Of a stretch of 64,000 nucleotides of DNA, positions 35,500 through 43,544 are shown piece by piece. Position 1 is the stretch's first letter. The number at the start of each line of letters is the position of its first letter. The notes below the pieces were generated by a model, which made no database searches, was not told the origin of the DNA, and saw only the letters and a list, made by a program, of their open reading frames with translations. The translations under genes and the position numbers were made by a program. Origin of the DNA: a virus (Duplodnaviria > Caudoviricetes); the IMG/VR virus record IMGVR_UViG_3300028581_000010; one strand, given 5' to 3'.

Positions 35500-35705
35500 T
35501 ATGTGGCCATTGCTGCCCGCCGCTCCTTGTTTCTTCTGCGCAGCTTGATCGTATCCTTGCGGTCGCGCTTGCCTCTGTATGGGCGCGGAGGGTCAACTCT
35601 AATGAGAGAGCCGTCTACCATGCGCTCGTACGAGCTGTTGGAGAATGTCACGGTCTCTACGGCCGTATTCTTGTCAATGTAGTCAAAAGGGAATTGTCTT
35701 TTCAT
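35499..35705 (-). CDS. Hypothetical basic protein
   Basis: 68-aa ORF. Confidence 0.55.
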   Translation of the reverse strand: MKRQFPFDYIDKNTAVETVTFSNSSYERMVDGSLIRVDPPRPYRGKRDRKDTIKLRRRNKERRAAMAT

Positions 35706-35706
35706 G

Positions 35707-35940
35707 TTATCTTGGTCCTTTCGGGCTGTATAGCTCGCTATGTATTTCGGAGTCTTTTAGCAGTGCAGCTATCTCCACGTATGGCTGCTTGGCTAGAAAA
35801 GAGCCGTTGGTTGTAAAGATCCACGTGTGGTTCTCAAACGTGTCAGAGGCCGTGGCGGACACGATTGAATCTAGGTTCAGGCATACGCGTTCGTCTGTCT
35901 GTGTGACTATCTCAATAAATCTTGGTCGTCTTATGCTCAT
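35707..35940 (-). CDS. Hypothetical protein
   Basis: 77-aa ORF. Confidence 0.55.
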   Translation of the reverse strand: MSIRRPRFIEIVTQTDERVCLNLDSIVSATASDTFENHTWIFTTNGSFLAKQPYVEIAALLKDSEIHSELYSPKGPR

Positions 35941-35941
35941 G

Positions 35942-36163
35942 TTAGTCTCCTATGTAAGGAAAGGCTCGCTGGAGCATACGCAAGGCGTATTCGCCCTCGT
36001 TCAGTATTTCTCCGTCAGTTCCCTCAGCTTGGTCATAGTCCGTGCGCTGCATAAATAGCGCAACCACGGAGTTAGAGATTACTTGTAAGTTGTGGGCGAT
36101 TTCATCGGGAGTTAGCTCCAGCCCTGCATCAATTTCTGCATCAGTTCTTATGATTGCTTTCAT
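35942..36163 (-). CDS. Hypothetical protein
   Basis: 73-aa ORF. Confidence 0.55.
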   Translation of the reverse strand: MKAIIRTDAEIDAGLELTPDEIAHNLQVISNSVVALFMQRTDYDQAEGTDGEILNEGEYALRMLQRAFPYIGD

Positions 36164-36608
36164 TTATGAATGTTTTGTTGTTGAATACCGTTATGTGCGT
36201 GCCGTCCCAGTCCGGATAGTCTGGGTGCTGGTAGCTGTCTTCCACTACTCCTACGAGCTGTTTTATATCATTGATCAATTGGCAATGAACAGGTAGGTAA
36301 AAATTTAGAAAGCCTCTTGACCTTCCCCCGTATACGCCGTCGGGGTAGTAATGAAAGGTTACCTGCATATCATGTAGGTGTAGAATAGGTGTTGTATCTA
36401 TTCCTGGATGCAGCCGCTCATTGATTATCGTTATGTGCCCGTCATGGGCAGGAGACCCCACCTTAATCGTGTTAAAGGAGGCCTTCCTGAATAACCATAT
36501 GTAGTACTTGCAGAAGTCTACACCCACATAGATGCGTATGTCTCCGGTTGTTACCCGGAGTGTGCCGGTCGCTTCTATCCAGCTGCCGTCTATAGGAAAA
36601 GGCGCCAT
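36141..36608 (-). CDS. 2H phosphoesterase superfamily protein
   Basis: Two HxT motifs, GHITII and THITVF, about 80 aa apart. Confidence 0.7.
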   Translation of the reverse strand: MAPFPIDGSWIEATGTLRVTTGDIRIYVGVDFCKYYIWLFRKASFNTIKVGSPAHDGHITIINERLHPGIDTTPILHLHDMQVTFHYYPDGVYGGRSRGFLNFYLPVHCQLINDIKQLVGVVEDSYQHPDYPDWDGTHITVFNNKTFINESNHKN

Positions 36609-36697
36609 ACCATGAACGTCAGATACTCAGCCAGATACATGGTTGTCACCATTATCGGTACAACTACTGTCAAATATAGCTTTGTTAGAATTCGCAT
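36590..36697 (-). CDS. Small hydrophobic peptide (35 aa)
   Basis: Manual translation MRILTKLYLTVVVPIMVTTMYLAEYLTFMVWRLFL. Confidence 0.45.
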   Translation of the reverse strand: MRILTKLYLTVVVPIMVTTMYLAEYLTFMVWRLFL

Positions 36698-36927
36698 TAT
36701 TGTTCCTCTCTGAAGCCGAACATTATGCGGGCCATCTCTCTCATCTTCTGTTCGGCGTAGTACATGCCTCCCTCGGTGAGTTTGTACCCATGCGGAGCAT
36801 CAGCATCCTCCTCGATGAAGCCCTCCGCTAGGAGGTACTTCTTCTTGGTCTCAAAGTAGGCCTTTGCCTGTTCGAGTTGCTGGTCCTCTGAGCCACCCTG
36901 CGACGCTTGTTCCTCCGGATCTTCCAT
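36697..36927 (-). CDS. Small winged-helix-like protein
   Basis: LLAEGFIEE...GYKLTEGG wing motif; start set at MEDPE. Confidence 0.5.
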   Translation of the reverse strand: MEDPEEQASQGGSEDQQLEQAKAYFETKKKYLLAEGFIEEDADAPHGYKLTEGGMYYAEQKMREMARIMFGFREEQ

Positions 36928-37051
36928 TTTTAAGTGCTTTCTTTCCAGCTGCGGTGATTTTGTAGCTGAGCTCGCCGCCCTTCTCGCAGACGGCGACGTG
37001 GCCGGCAATGATAAGGTTGCTGAGTGCTGTTTTTATTTCCTTGATGTTCAT
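36851..37051 (-). CDS. Small winged-helix-like protein
   Basis: LSNLIIAGHV...YKITAAGKKAL wing motif. Confidence 0.5.
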   Translation of the reverse strand: MNIKEIKTALSNLIIAGHVAVCEKGGELSYKITAAGKKALKNGRSGGTSVAGWLRGPATRTGKGLL

Positions 37052-37359
37052 GTGGTTGTTCCTGTCTTGAGTTGTAGCAGTGCTTTAGCCCGCCTTTTTG
37101 CAGGTGCGAACCATAGCCATACCAGGCTTGTGCGCCCCACTATGTCGTTGTACTTCATACGCTCGTCATAGGTGAGTGCGGCTTCTTCCTCGCAGATCGC
37201 ATCAAGGTCCGTGCAGAAGTTCTTCACTTCCTTCAGCCCTAATGCAGCGGATAGCTCTTTGTTGATCTGTGCTTCTTCCTGCTTGTTTGTTTGTTTAGGT
37301 TTTTTGTTTTTCGAAAACATGGCTCCAATATTGGCTGCTGTTTTGTCCTTGCTTTGCAT
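37048..37359 (-). CDS. Hypothetical protein
   Basis: 103-aa ORF. Confidence 0.5.
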   Translation of the reverse strand: MQSKDKTAANIGAMFSKNKKPKQTNKQEEAQINKELSAALGLKEVKNFCTDLDAICEEEAALTYDERMKYNDIVGRTSLVWLWFAPAKRRAKALLQLKTGTTT

Positions 37360-38083
37360 CCCAGTACAGGCATCTAGCGATATATGGAGGGATATTCCAC
37401 ATCTTGGACATCTCTACCCAGTGGCGTTCCAGATCTGCGTACTGCCTGGCATGCTTGGTTTGATCCAAACCATAGGCCTGAAACATGTGCGTGTCCAGGC
37501 AAACTACATTTGTTTCGTTAGGGTAGCACATCTCTATGGCAAAGCTCGTCTTAGCCTTGCCTAGCCCTAGAGTGACGCGCTCAAGTCTATCGCGGTATTG
37601 CACCCACGTTTCATTGTCACCCTTGCTATAAAATTTTGGGTTCTTCCAAAAGCTTGTAGCAAAGGTGTTCAGATACTTGGCCCGATTATTCTGCATGCCC
37701 ACTCTGGAGTCAACCAGGCGGTCCTGCAGCTCGGTTGCGTTGTTAATCCACTCCCACCAGTTCTCTATCGCTTTATAGCCCGTTACGTTTGCCTTCCATG
37801 ACGTGTGTACGCTCATAAAGGCAAACAGAAAGCGCTTAAAGACCTCAGACAGATCCTTTGGTGATATGTGTGTCCAGTAGCCTGTGTAATCTCCTACAAG
37901 GCTTGGGTTTATGTTGACGAAGAACGGCTCCACTCCTGTGTAATCAGGCTTGGCGCTATAGTCAACGACGGACAGAAGCCCGTCAAAGATTTCATACTGC
38001 TCCTCTACTCTGGGGGGTAGGTAACCCCCCAGAAAGTCGAGTTGAGGAATGCTATTCCGTTGGTCCTCTATATATTTTTCCAT
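37295..38083 (-). CDS. HhH-superfamily DNA glycosylase/AP lyase (Ogg-like)
   Basis: GLGKAKTSF HhH motif with Lys; VVCLDTHM catalytic Asp-His. Confidence 0.7.
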   Translation of the reverse strand: MEKYIEDQRNSIPQLDFLGGYLPPRVEEQYEIFDGLLSVVDYSAKPDYTGVEPFFVNINPSLVGDYTGYWTHISPKDLSEVFKRFLFAFMSVHTSWKANVTGYKAIENWWEWINNATELQDRLVDSRVGMQNNRAKYLNTFATSFWKNPKFYSKGDNETWVQYRDRLERVTLGLGKAKTSFAIEMCYPNETNVVCLDTHMFQAYGLDQTKHARQYADLERHWVEMSKMWNIPPYIARCLYWDAKQGQNSSQYWSHVFEKQKT

Positions 38084-38450
38084 ACTTTTTTCTGAATGCT
38101 TTCTTCTTCATCGTGAGCAGCGCTTCCTTTAGCTCGGTCTCTAGTTTGCCGTGCTGCTCCATCATGCGCTTCTCGATTAGTTCGTCTGACCACTCCACGG
38201 TGGCTACTATCTCGTACTTTGTACTCCATGAGCCTCCGTGGTTTACCGTCACGCTTATGATATTCTCCGCATCATCGCGCTTGTCTATTTCATGCAGTAG
38301 CTCCTGGAGCTTCTCCGTAAGTACTTTGTTCTTGGCGATTTCGTTGTTGATAACGTCGCTGGGCCGTGAGAATAGTGTTGAGGTAGGCCAGGCTGCTGCT
38401 GTGATCCATGTGTTCTCTTTCTGTACGTAACGGGGTTTCCGTGCGGCCAT
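38052..38450 (-). CDS. Hypothetical coiled-coil protein (possibly the 3' part of a frameshifted gene)
   Basis: 132-aa ORF overlapping 38285-38611 by 166 nt. Confidence 0.5.
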   Translation of the reverse strand: MAARKPRYVQKENTWITAAAWPTSTLFSRPSDVINNEIAKNKVLTEKLQELLHEIDKRDDAENIISVTVNHGGSWSTKYEIVATVEWSDELIEKRMMEQHGKLETELKEALLTMKKKAFRKKYGKIYRGPTE

Positions 38451-38611
38451 TCGGCTAGCCTCTTGTTCGTAGTTGGCCTGTTCTTGTAGAAGTATGCGCG
38501 CTCCTTCTCCAGGCGCTCCATACCTCTCTGGCGCTTCTTGTCAAGCGCCTGATAGTCAGTCAGCCTGAGCTCTATGTTGTCGAACAGTATTTTAGCGTCT
38601 AATTCGTTCAT
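38285..38611 (-). CDS. Hypothetical protein (possibly the 5' part of a frameshifted gene)
   Basis: Helical N-terminal 60 aa; tail looks out of frame. Confidence 0.45.
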   Translation of the reverse strand: MNELDAKILFDNIELRLTDYQALDKKRQRGMERLEKERAYFYKNRPTTNKRLAEWPHGNPVTYRKRTHGSQQQPGLPQHYSHGPATLSTTKSPRTKYLRRSSRSYCMK

Positions 38612-39290
38612 TTATAAGCTCGCTTATGTTGATGAAGTCCTTCAGCTGAGGCACGTTCCAGTAGTCGTAGTCGACTTCCGCCACATATGCCACTTTGTTC
38701 TTTTGTTTGTACAGCGCAGCTAGTTCCTTACGCAGCTCGTGTCGAATGAGCTTATCGAACGAGATGGCCATCTTCTCTATTCTTGCACGAAACTTATCCG
38801 CGGACTCCTTGTTGGCTACAGCCCTGGTTTCATACTCGATAAAGATATTGATGTCGCGGTCGTTGTCTTCGTAAGTTAAAGCCGCGTCGACCATATCCTT
38901 ATCATCGAGATCCTTGAACTTATCGTTGATCGCTTTGATGAGCCCTGCAGCGCGCTCCTTGGTCTTAGCTACGGTGAGCATGACGCCGGACTCGAGAAAT
39001 GGGCGAATGTTAAGCTCCATGCGCTTGGTTCCTCTAGTAGTGGTCTGGCCTGCCTCGATAGCCTTCTTAAGCTTGGACACGTAGTTCTCTATGTACTTGG
39101 CTAGCTTCTGGTGCAGCTCGGCATGAATCACCGTCTGCTTCACCAGCATGGCTTGCTGTACCTTAGCCGCGTCCTCGATGAGCTTGCTCAACTTTTTTAT
39201 CGACCCTGGCTTACCAGCCCAGGCACCTCCTACAACCTTGGCGTCGATCATCTGCCGCAGGAGCTTGTCTACATCTAGTTGTTCGTTCAT
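38592..39290 (-). CDS. Hypothetical helical protein
   Basis: 232-aa ORF. Confidence 0.7.
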   Translation of the reverse strand: MNEQLDVDKLLRQMIDAKVVGGAWAGKPGSIKKLSKLIEDAAKVQQAMLVKQTVIHAELHQKLAKYIENYVSKLKKAIEAGQTTTRGTKRMELNIRPFLESGVMLTVAKTKERAAGLIKAINDKFKDLDDKDMVDAALTYEDNDRDINIFIEYETRAVANKESADKFRARIEKMAISFDKLIRHELRKELAALYKQKNKVAYVAEVDYDYWNVPQLKDFINISELINERIRR

Positions 39291-39380
39291 AGTTTACGAT
39301 TTTGTTGCTTTCGCATAAACTCAGCCAGCAGTAAGCCGTCTGCGTCTCCTGTTAGTTTCAGTTTCTTGTTTTCATTTTTG
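39287..39380 (-). pseudogene. C-terminal remnant of a RuvC-like resolvase gene
   Basis: Start-less frame ...KKLKLTGDADGLLLAEFMRKQQNRKL*; its stop overlaps the next ATG (ATGA); resembles KKDADPLAIAWYLKK of 40004-40507. Confidence 0.55.
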
Positions 39381-39396
39381 ATTGTTGAATTAATAC

Positions 39397-39424
39397 TTGA
39401 CAGTTCTTGGGGTTCAGCTATTCT
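39397..39424 (+). promoter_or_regulatory. sigma70-like promoter for the inverted cassette
   Basis: TTGACA-16-TATTCT, ATG 9 nt downstream. Confidence 0.6.
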
Positions 39425-39432
39425 AAGCTAAT

Positions 39433-40002
39433 ATGAAACCTATGCAAAAAGTTAAACTACACCACAATTGCAAAGATCTTACCGGCAAGCGCTTTGGTAA
39501 ACTGTGGGTGGTAGCATACACTCCACAAAGGAATAGAACACACTCAGTGCTATGGAGGTGTATGTGTGGATGCGGCAATGAAAAGCTTTTATCTTCAGCA
39601 GCATTACTGCACGACAAAACGCGCTCTTGCGGATGTGTGCGCAAAGCTGTAGGCCGAAACAGTATAAAATGGCAAGGTTGGGGCGAGATCAGTTTATCGT
39701 ATTTCAATAAGATTAAACGCGAAGCTACTACCCGTGGGCATGTCTGGAGCCTAGATATAAAGTATGTCTGGAGGTTGTTCCTAAAGCAGGGAGGAAGGTG
39801 CCGGTTTTCGCGTCAGCCGTTAACATTCGACGTTAGCCAAAGCGCACACGGACGCACGGCCTCATTGGACAGAATTGACTCAATGGGCGGCTATACCAAG
39901 GGAAACGTACAGTGGTGCCATACTAAATTAAATATGATGAAAGGTGCATTATCTGACCAAGAATTTATTGACCTTTGCAAAGCAGTGGCGAATAATAACT
40001 AA
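39433..40002 (+). CDS. HNH-type homing endonuclease
   Basis: DLTGKRFGKL.V...WRCMCGCG...SCGC N-terminus; SLDRIDS.GGY.KGNVQW....NMMK nuclease motif. Confidence 0.85.
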   Translation: MKPMQKVKLHHNCKDLTGKRFGKLWVVAYTPQRNRTHSVLWRCMCGCGNEKLLSSAALLHDKTRSCGCVRKAVGRNSIKWQGWGEISLSYFNKIKREATTRGHVWSLDIKYVWRLFLKQGGRCRFSRQPLTFDVSQSAHGRTASLDRIDSMGGYTKGNVQWCHTKLNMMKGALSDQEFIDLCKAVANNN

Positions 40003-40003
40003 C

Positions 40004-40507
40004 ATGAAAACTATATTTATTGGTGTCGATAATGGTGTTTCAGGTGGGGTAGGCATACTCACACCAACTGAGTCTTTTTATTATCGCACTCCGACAATAA
40101 AGCAGCGCAGCTACACTAAAGAGAAAAAGTTTATCAGCAGGCTGGATGTAGAGAAATTCAAAGATCTATTAAAGGCACATGTGCAAGACCCGCGTGATGT
40201 GCTTCTCATGTTTGAGAGGCCTATGGTCAACCCTAGAAGATTTGCGGCCACAATGTCGGCAGTTAGATGTGCGGAAGCTGCGCTCATAGTGGTTGAGGCT
40301 TTGGGGTATACCTACGAGTGGATAGACTCGCGCAAATGGCAGCATGCGCTTTTACCGGATGGAATAACCGGGTCATCTGCGTTGAAAGCAGCTAGTTTAG
40401 CTTTTGGAAAGAAAACATTTCCACAACTAGCTGAGGAGCTTAAAAAAGACGCCGACCCCCTGGCTATAGCATGGTATTTGAAAAAGATGGAGCACCGTAC
40501 ATTATAG
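40004..40507 (+). CDS. RuvC-like Holliday junction resolvase
   Basis: IFIGVDNG, FERP, WQHALL, DADPL acidic motifs. Confidence 0.8.
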   Translation: MKTIFIGVDNGVSGGVGILTPTESFYYRTPTIKQRSYTKEKKFISRLDVEKFKDLLKAHVQDPRDVLLMFERPMVNPRRFAATMSAVRCAEAALIVVEALGYTYEWIDSRKWQHALLPDGITGSSALKAASLAFGKKTFPQLAEELKKDADPLAIAWYLKKMEHRTL

Positions 40508-40583
40508 CTTTCAATCGCTAAGAATAACATGTGTTAAAATGGATCCCGGAGAGCAGCCGTAGCCACTCTCCGGGACGATTGGG

Positions 40584-41084
40584 TTACACGTTCGAGACGA
40601 GCTCGGTGAGCTCATCCTTCGTGAGGTGTTCGAGAGCCTGCCGCACGCCCTCCTTGTAGCAGTAGTTGTCCTGCGCGGAGCATTCGGCAGACACGAAGTA
40701 CACCTTACCGGTGGTCTTGTGTTTGATCTGGATATGCGTGTACCCGCCGAACGGGTCCAGGTCATAGTCCATACTCTTCTTGAAGCCGGCGGGAAGAACG
40801 ACGCTGTGGCGCCCGTCCTCGTGCATCGCGAATCCATGGCCGTATTGCAGGCCCTGGCGCAGATACACACCCCACCGCTGGTGCATCACTCGGACCTTGT
40901 GGCCGAGCTCGAGCAACCGCTTCATTGATACCCCGTGTGAGGGTACGTAGTTGCGACGGGTGGTCTGGGGGTCCTTTGCAGGCCAGATCCACTGACGTCC
41001 TGTTCCAACTTCCGTGCGGACGAACTGTTTGTTAACAGAGTCCAGCACCGTTTCATACCCTTCCGATTTACTTGTTTGTGTCAT
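40584..41084 (-). CDS. Hypothetical protein
   Basis: 166-aa ORF; followed by a strong hairpin at about 40543-40575. Confidence 0.65.
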   Translation of the reverse strand: MTQTSKSEGYETVLDSVNKQFVRTEVGTGRQWIWPAKDPQTTRRNYVPSHGVSMKRLLELGHKVRVMHQRWGVYLRQGLQYGHGFAMHEDGRHSVVLPAGFKKSMDYDLDPFGGYTHIQIKHKTTGKVYFVSAECSAQDNYCYKEGVRQALEHLTKDELTELVSNV

Positions 41085-41099
41085 TTGTAGTGTGAAACG

Positions 41100-42323
41100 C
41101 TAGGAGCCGTCGAGATCCTCCTCTAGATTCGACTTCTTCTTGCGCTTCTTTTTGTTTGTTTGTTCGATTTCTCGCCTAGCGGCCTCACTAGGCATGTCGG
41201 GTAGCCCGAAGGCTTGCCGGCATATTTCCTTGGCCTGAGGACTGTTCTGGATGAGGAAACCCAGTTCGCCCTCCCTATATTTTTTGATCTTCTCTTCACC
41301 ACCCACGACGTGCTTAGTCTGGATGACACCTACCGCACCTGTTTCTGGGTCGATATACTCCGTTCCTTCTGTCTTCCAAGAGTAGTATCCACCTGCGTGC
41401 GAGCCCACGATATGTGGGTAATTAGGAGCCAGTGTGGCTCTTACGAGTGGGGAGTACCAATCTATGCCTCCCTCGATGTGGATGTCGAACTCGATCTTCT
41501 GGCTGTTGCCTTCTCTACCGAGCTTATTCCGCTTGACGGTCAATGTATGTATCGACCCTGACTTTCTCTGGACGCCGTTGCTATCCGGTGAAGTAACGTC
41601 CTTAATTCGAGCGACCTTGAATTGATAGGTCGAATTAAAGCGTTGAGCCTCACCACCGATGAGCGCCTCGGGCTTCTCTGTGCCGAACCCCTGCATGCCA
41701 CCAATCTGCTCGCGCAGCTGGTTCGTGGCTACAAAGATGACCTTTTCTGTTTCCAGGTATGGAATGACGTTCCTGTAGAAGTTAGCCATAAGCTTGGCAT
41801 GTTCGCCAACCTTTGTCTCACCAACCATGTCCTTGTCGCGTTCGTACTCTGTGCAAGTACCGGCGATGGAGTCAAGCGCCACCATAATGGGAGTGGTCTG
41901 CTCAGGATCGAACTTGGGCACGTTCATGATGATATTCTTACATAATGTCAGTGCCTGCTCTAGCGTGCGCGGATTGTGGTAGTGCACACGCTCATCATCT
42001 ACACCCTGCTTACGCATATAGTCGAAGTCTGGGGCCGACTCCGTCTCAATCCAGAACATCATGCCACCAGCCTTCTGGAATATCTTAGCCAGATCGAACA
42101 GAAGCGTCGTCTTAGAGCAACCCTTCTTGCCATAGATCAGGTAGCACCGACCGTAGGCCATAAACCTACGGTCAAATGCATACTCCAATAGAGGGTTGTC
42201 CAGCACTATACCAGTAGCTGGTGGCTCCTTCGATACCGGATTGAGGTCCATCTTCTCGTCAAACTTCTTATTGAACGAGGTCTTAATGGTCTCCAGGTAT
42301 TTCTTGAAGTTGTCTGGGTCCAT
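41100..42323 (-). CDS. RecA/UvsX-like recombinase
   Basis: YGKKGCSKTT, WIETE, VALDSIAG, ATNQLR, IGGEAQRF. Confidence 0.9.
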   Translation of the reverse strand: MDPDNFKKYLETIKTSFNKKFDEKMDLNPVSKEPPATGIVLDNPLLEYAFDRRFMAYGRCYLIYGKKGCSKTTLLFDLAKIFQKAGGMMFWIETESAPDFDYMRKQGVDDERVHYHNPRTLEQALTLCKNIIMNVPKFDPEQTTPIMVALDSIAGTCTEYERDKDMVGETKVGEHAKLMANFYRNVIPYLETEKVIFVATNQLREQIGGMQGFGTEKPEALIGGEAQRFNSTYQFKVARIKDVTSPDSNGVQRKSGSIHTLTVKRNKLGREGNSQKIEFDIHIEGGIDWYSPLVRATLAPNYPHIVGSHAGGYYSWKTEGTEYIDPETGAVGVIQTKHVVGGEEKIKKYREGELGFLIQNSPQAKEICRQAFGLPDMPSEAARREIEQTNKKKRKKKSNLEEDLDGS

Positions 42324-42324
42324 C

Positions 42325-43383
42325 TTATTCCTCTGGTGTCTCTAGCAGTCTACGTGCCTGTTCCCGTGACAACCCTGCTATGGGGTTGGCTGGCAGCTTA
42401 GAAGCCTTTTTAGGGGCAACTGGGGCCGCAGGCTTGGGTGCTGAGAATGTGGGCTTCGCGACCTCGAAGTCGTCTTCCTCCTTAACTTCTTCCTCCACTA
42501 CACGCACAGGAGGGCTGACGTAGTCAACTTCTTGCTCTTCCTCGTATTCAGGTTCCGGCGGTCTAGCCAGAGGTTTCCTCGCAGGTGCCTTAGGGGCTAC
42601 CTTGATGACCTCTCTGGGCAAACCATCATAACCATCCATGCACTCGTTAAATACCTCACGCGAGTACATTTTGCGCAATCCTGCAATGATCTCTTCCGTG
42701 CTCTTGAACTGGAGTACGTCGTCCAAGTTATACAGATAGTCCGCATCTGCGAGCTTATCTGGTAGCTTGATCGCTTGACTTGGATCAGGTGCGATCGACC
42801 ACGGGTTGGAGCTATTCTCTTTCAGCTTCACGTGTACCGCTAGACAGCGCTCGGGATCATTGATGAGCGGGCGGTCATTACCATGCAGATCTTTCTCTGC
42901 CAGCCAGTTATGGAGCGAGTCCGCACCATTCTTTAGCGGTAGGTCGAGGACGTGGGCCCCTGCCTTTAGGTTGTTTGCGAACGCGACATTATATAGCACG
43001 CGCTGCGTGATTCTCCCGAAGTTGGGATACTTCTTGAACTTCTTACCATTCACATCTACCTCGCCTACAGCGGCTTCATCTGGATAGAGTAGCTTGAAGT
43101 TATTTGCAAAGTACTCGGCTGGATCTTCCGCCTTGTTGAGTACGATATATTTCTCTTTGTAGTTGTCGCCGAAGTTATCACGAATCGTGATCACCTTGAA
43201 CCACACACCGTTGCCGGCACCGTCATCTGTATAGCCGGGCAGGAAGTAAAGATATGCACCTTCCTGGTTTGTTGTCTTATTGAATACCGCGCGGCGCACA
43301 CCCTCGCGGATATACTGCGCACTATTGGAGCCTAACTGCATTTCCGACCCCTGGAATGTTTTCGATGGTTTTATAATCGCCAT
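42325..43383 (-). CDS. Probable single-stranded DNA-binding protein (gp32-like position and architecture)
   Basis: Adjacent to the recombinase; aromatic-rich core and acidic/Pro-rich tail. Confidence 0.55.
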   Translation of the reverse strand: MAIIKPSKTFQGSEMQLGSNSAQYIREGVRRAVFNKTTNQEGAYLYFLPGYTDDGAGNGVWFKVITIRDNFGDNYKEKYIVLNKAEDPAEYFANNFKLLYPDEAAVGEVDVNGKKFKKYPNFGRITQRVLYNVAFANNLKAGAHVLDLPLKNGADSLHNWLAEKDLHGNDRPLINDPERCLAVHVKLKENSSNPWSIAPDPSQAIKLPDKLADADYLYNLDDVLQFKSTEEIIAGLRKMYSREVFNECMDGYDGLPREVIKVAPKAPARKPLARPPEPEYEEEQEVDYVSPPVRVVEEEVKEEDDFEVAKPTFSAPKPAAPVAPKKASKLPANPIAGLSREQARRLLETPEE

Positions 43384-43528
43384 TTTGTATTACTGTCGTC
43401 TGTCACTGTCTTTTTGCTTGTTTGCTATGTTTGCTATGTGCACTATTCCCGATAGCAAGCGGGATGTCAACCACATTATTTGCCCCTGGCCCGGCTCTGT
43501 TTTTCACAGAGCCGTAAGCCGGGCAGCA

Positions 43529-43544
43529 TCAATGTATTATACCA
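43529..43544 (-). promoter_or_regulatory. TGGTATAATACATTGA promoter motif overlapping the E1 stop codon
   Basis: Identical 16-mer to 23676-23691. Confidence 0.55.

Noticed and set aside
43390-43445. CATAGCAAA tandem repeat upstream of the SSB gene as an operator or iteron array
   Set aside because: Only two exact copies plus a partial one in an A/C-rich leader; insufficient evidence.
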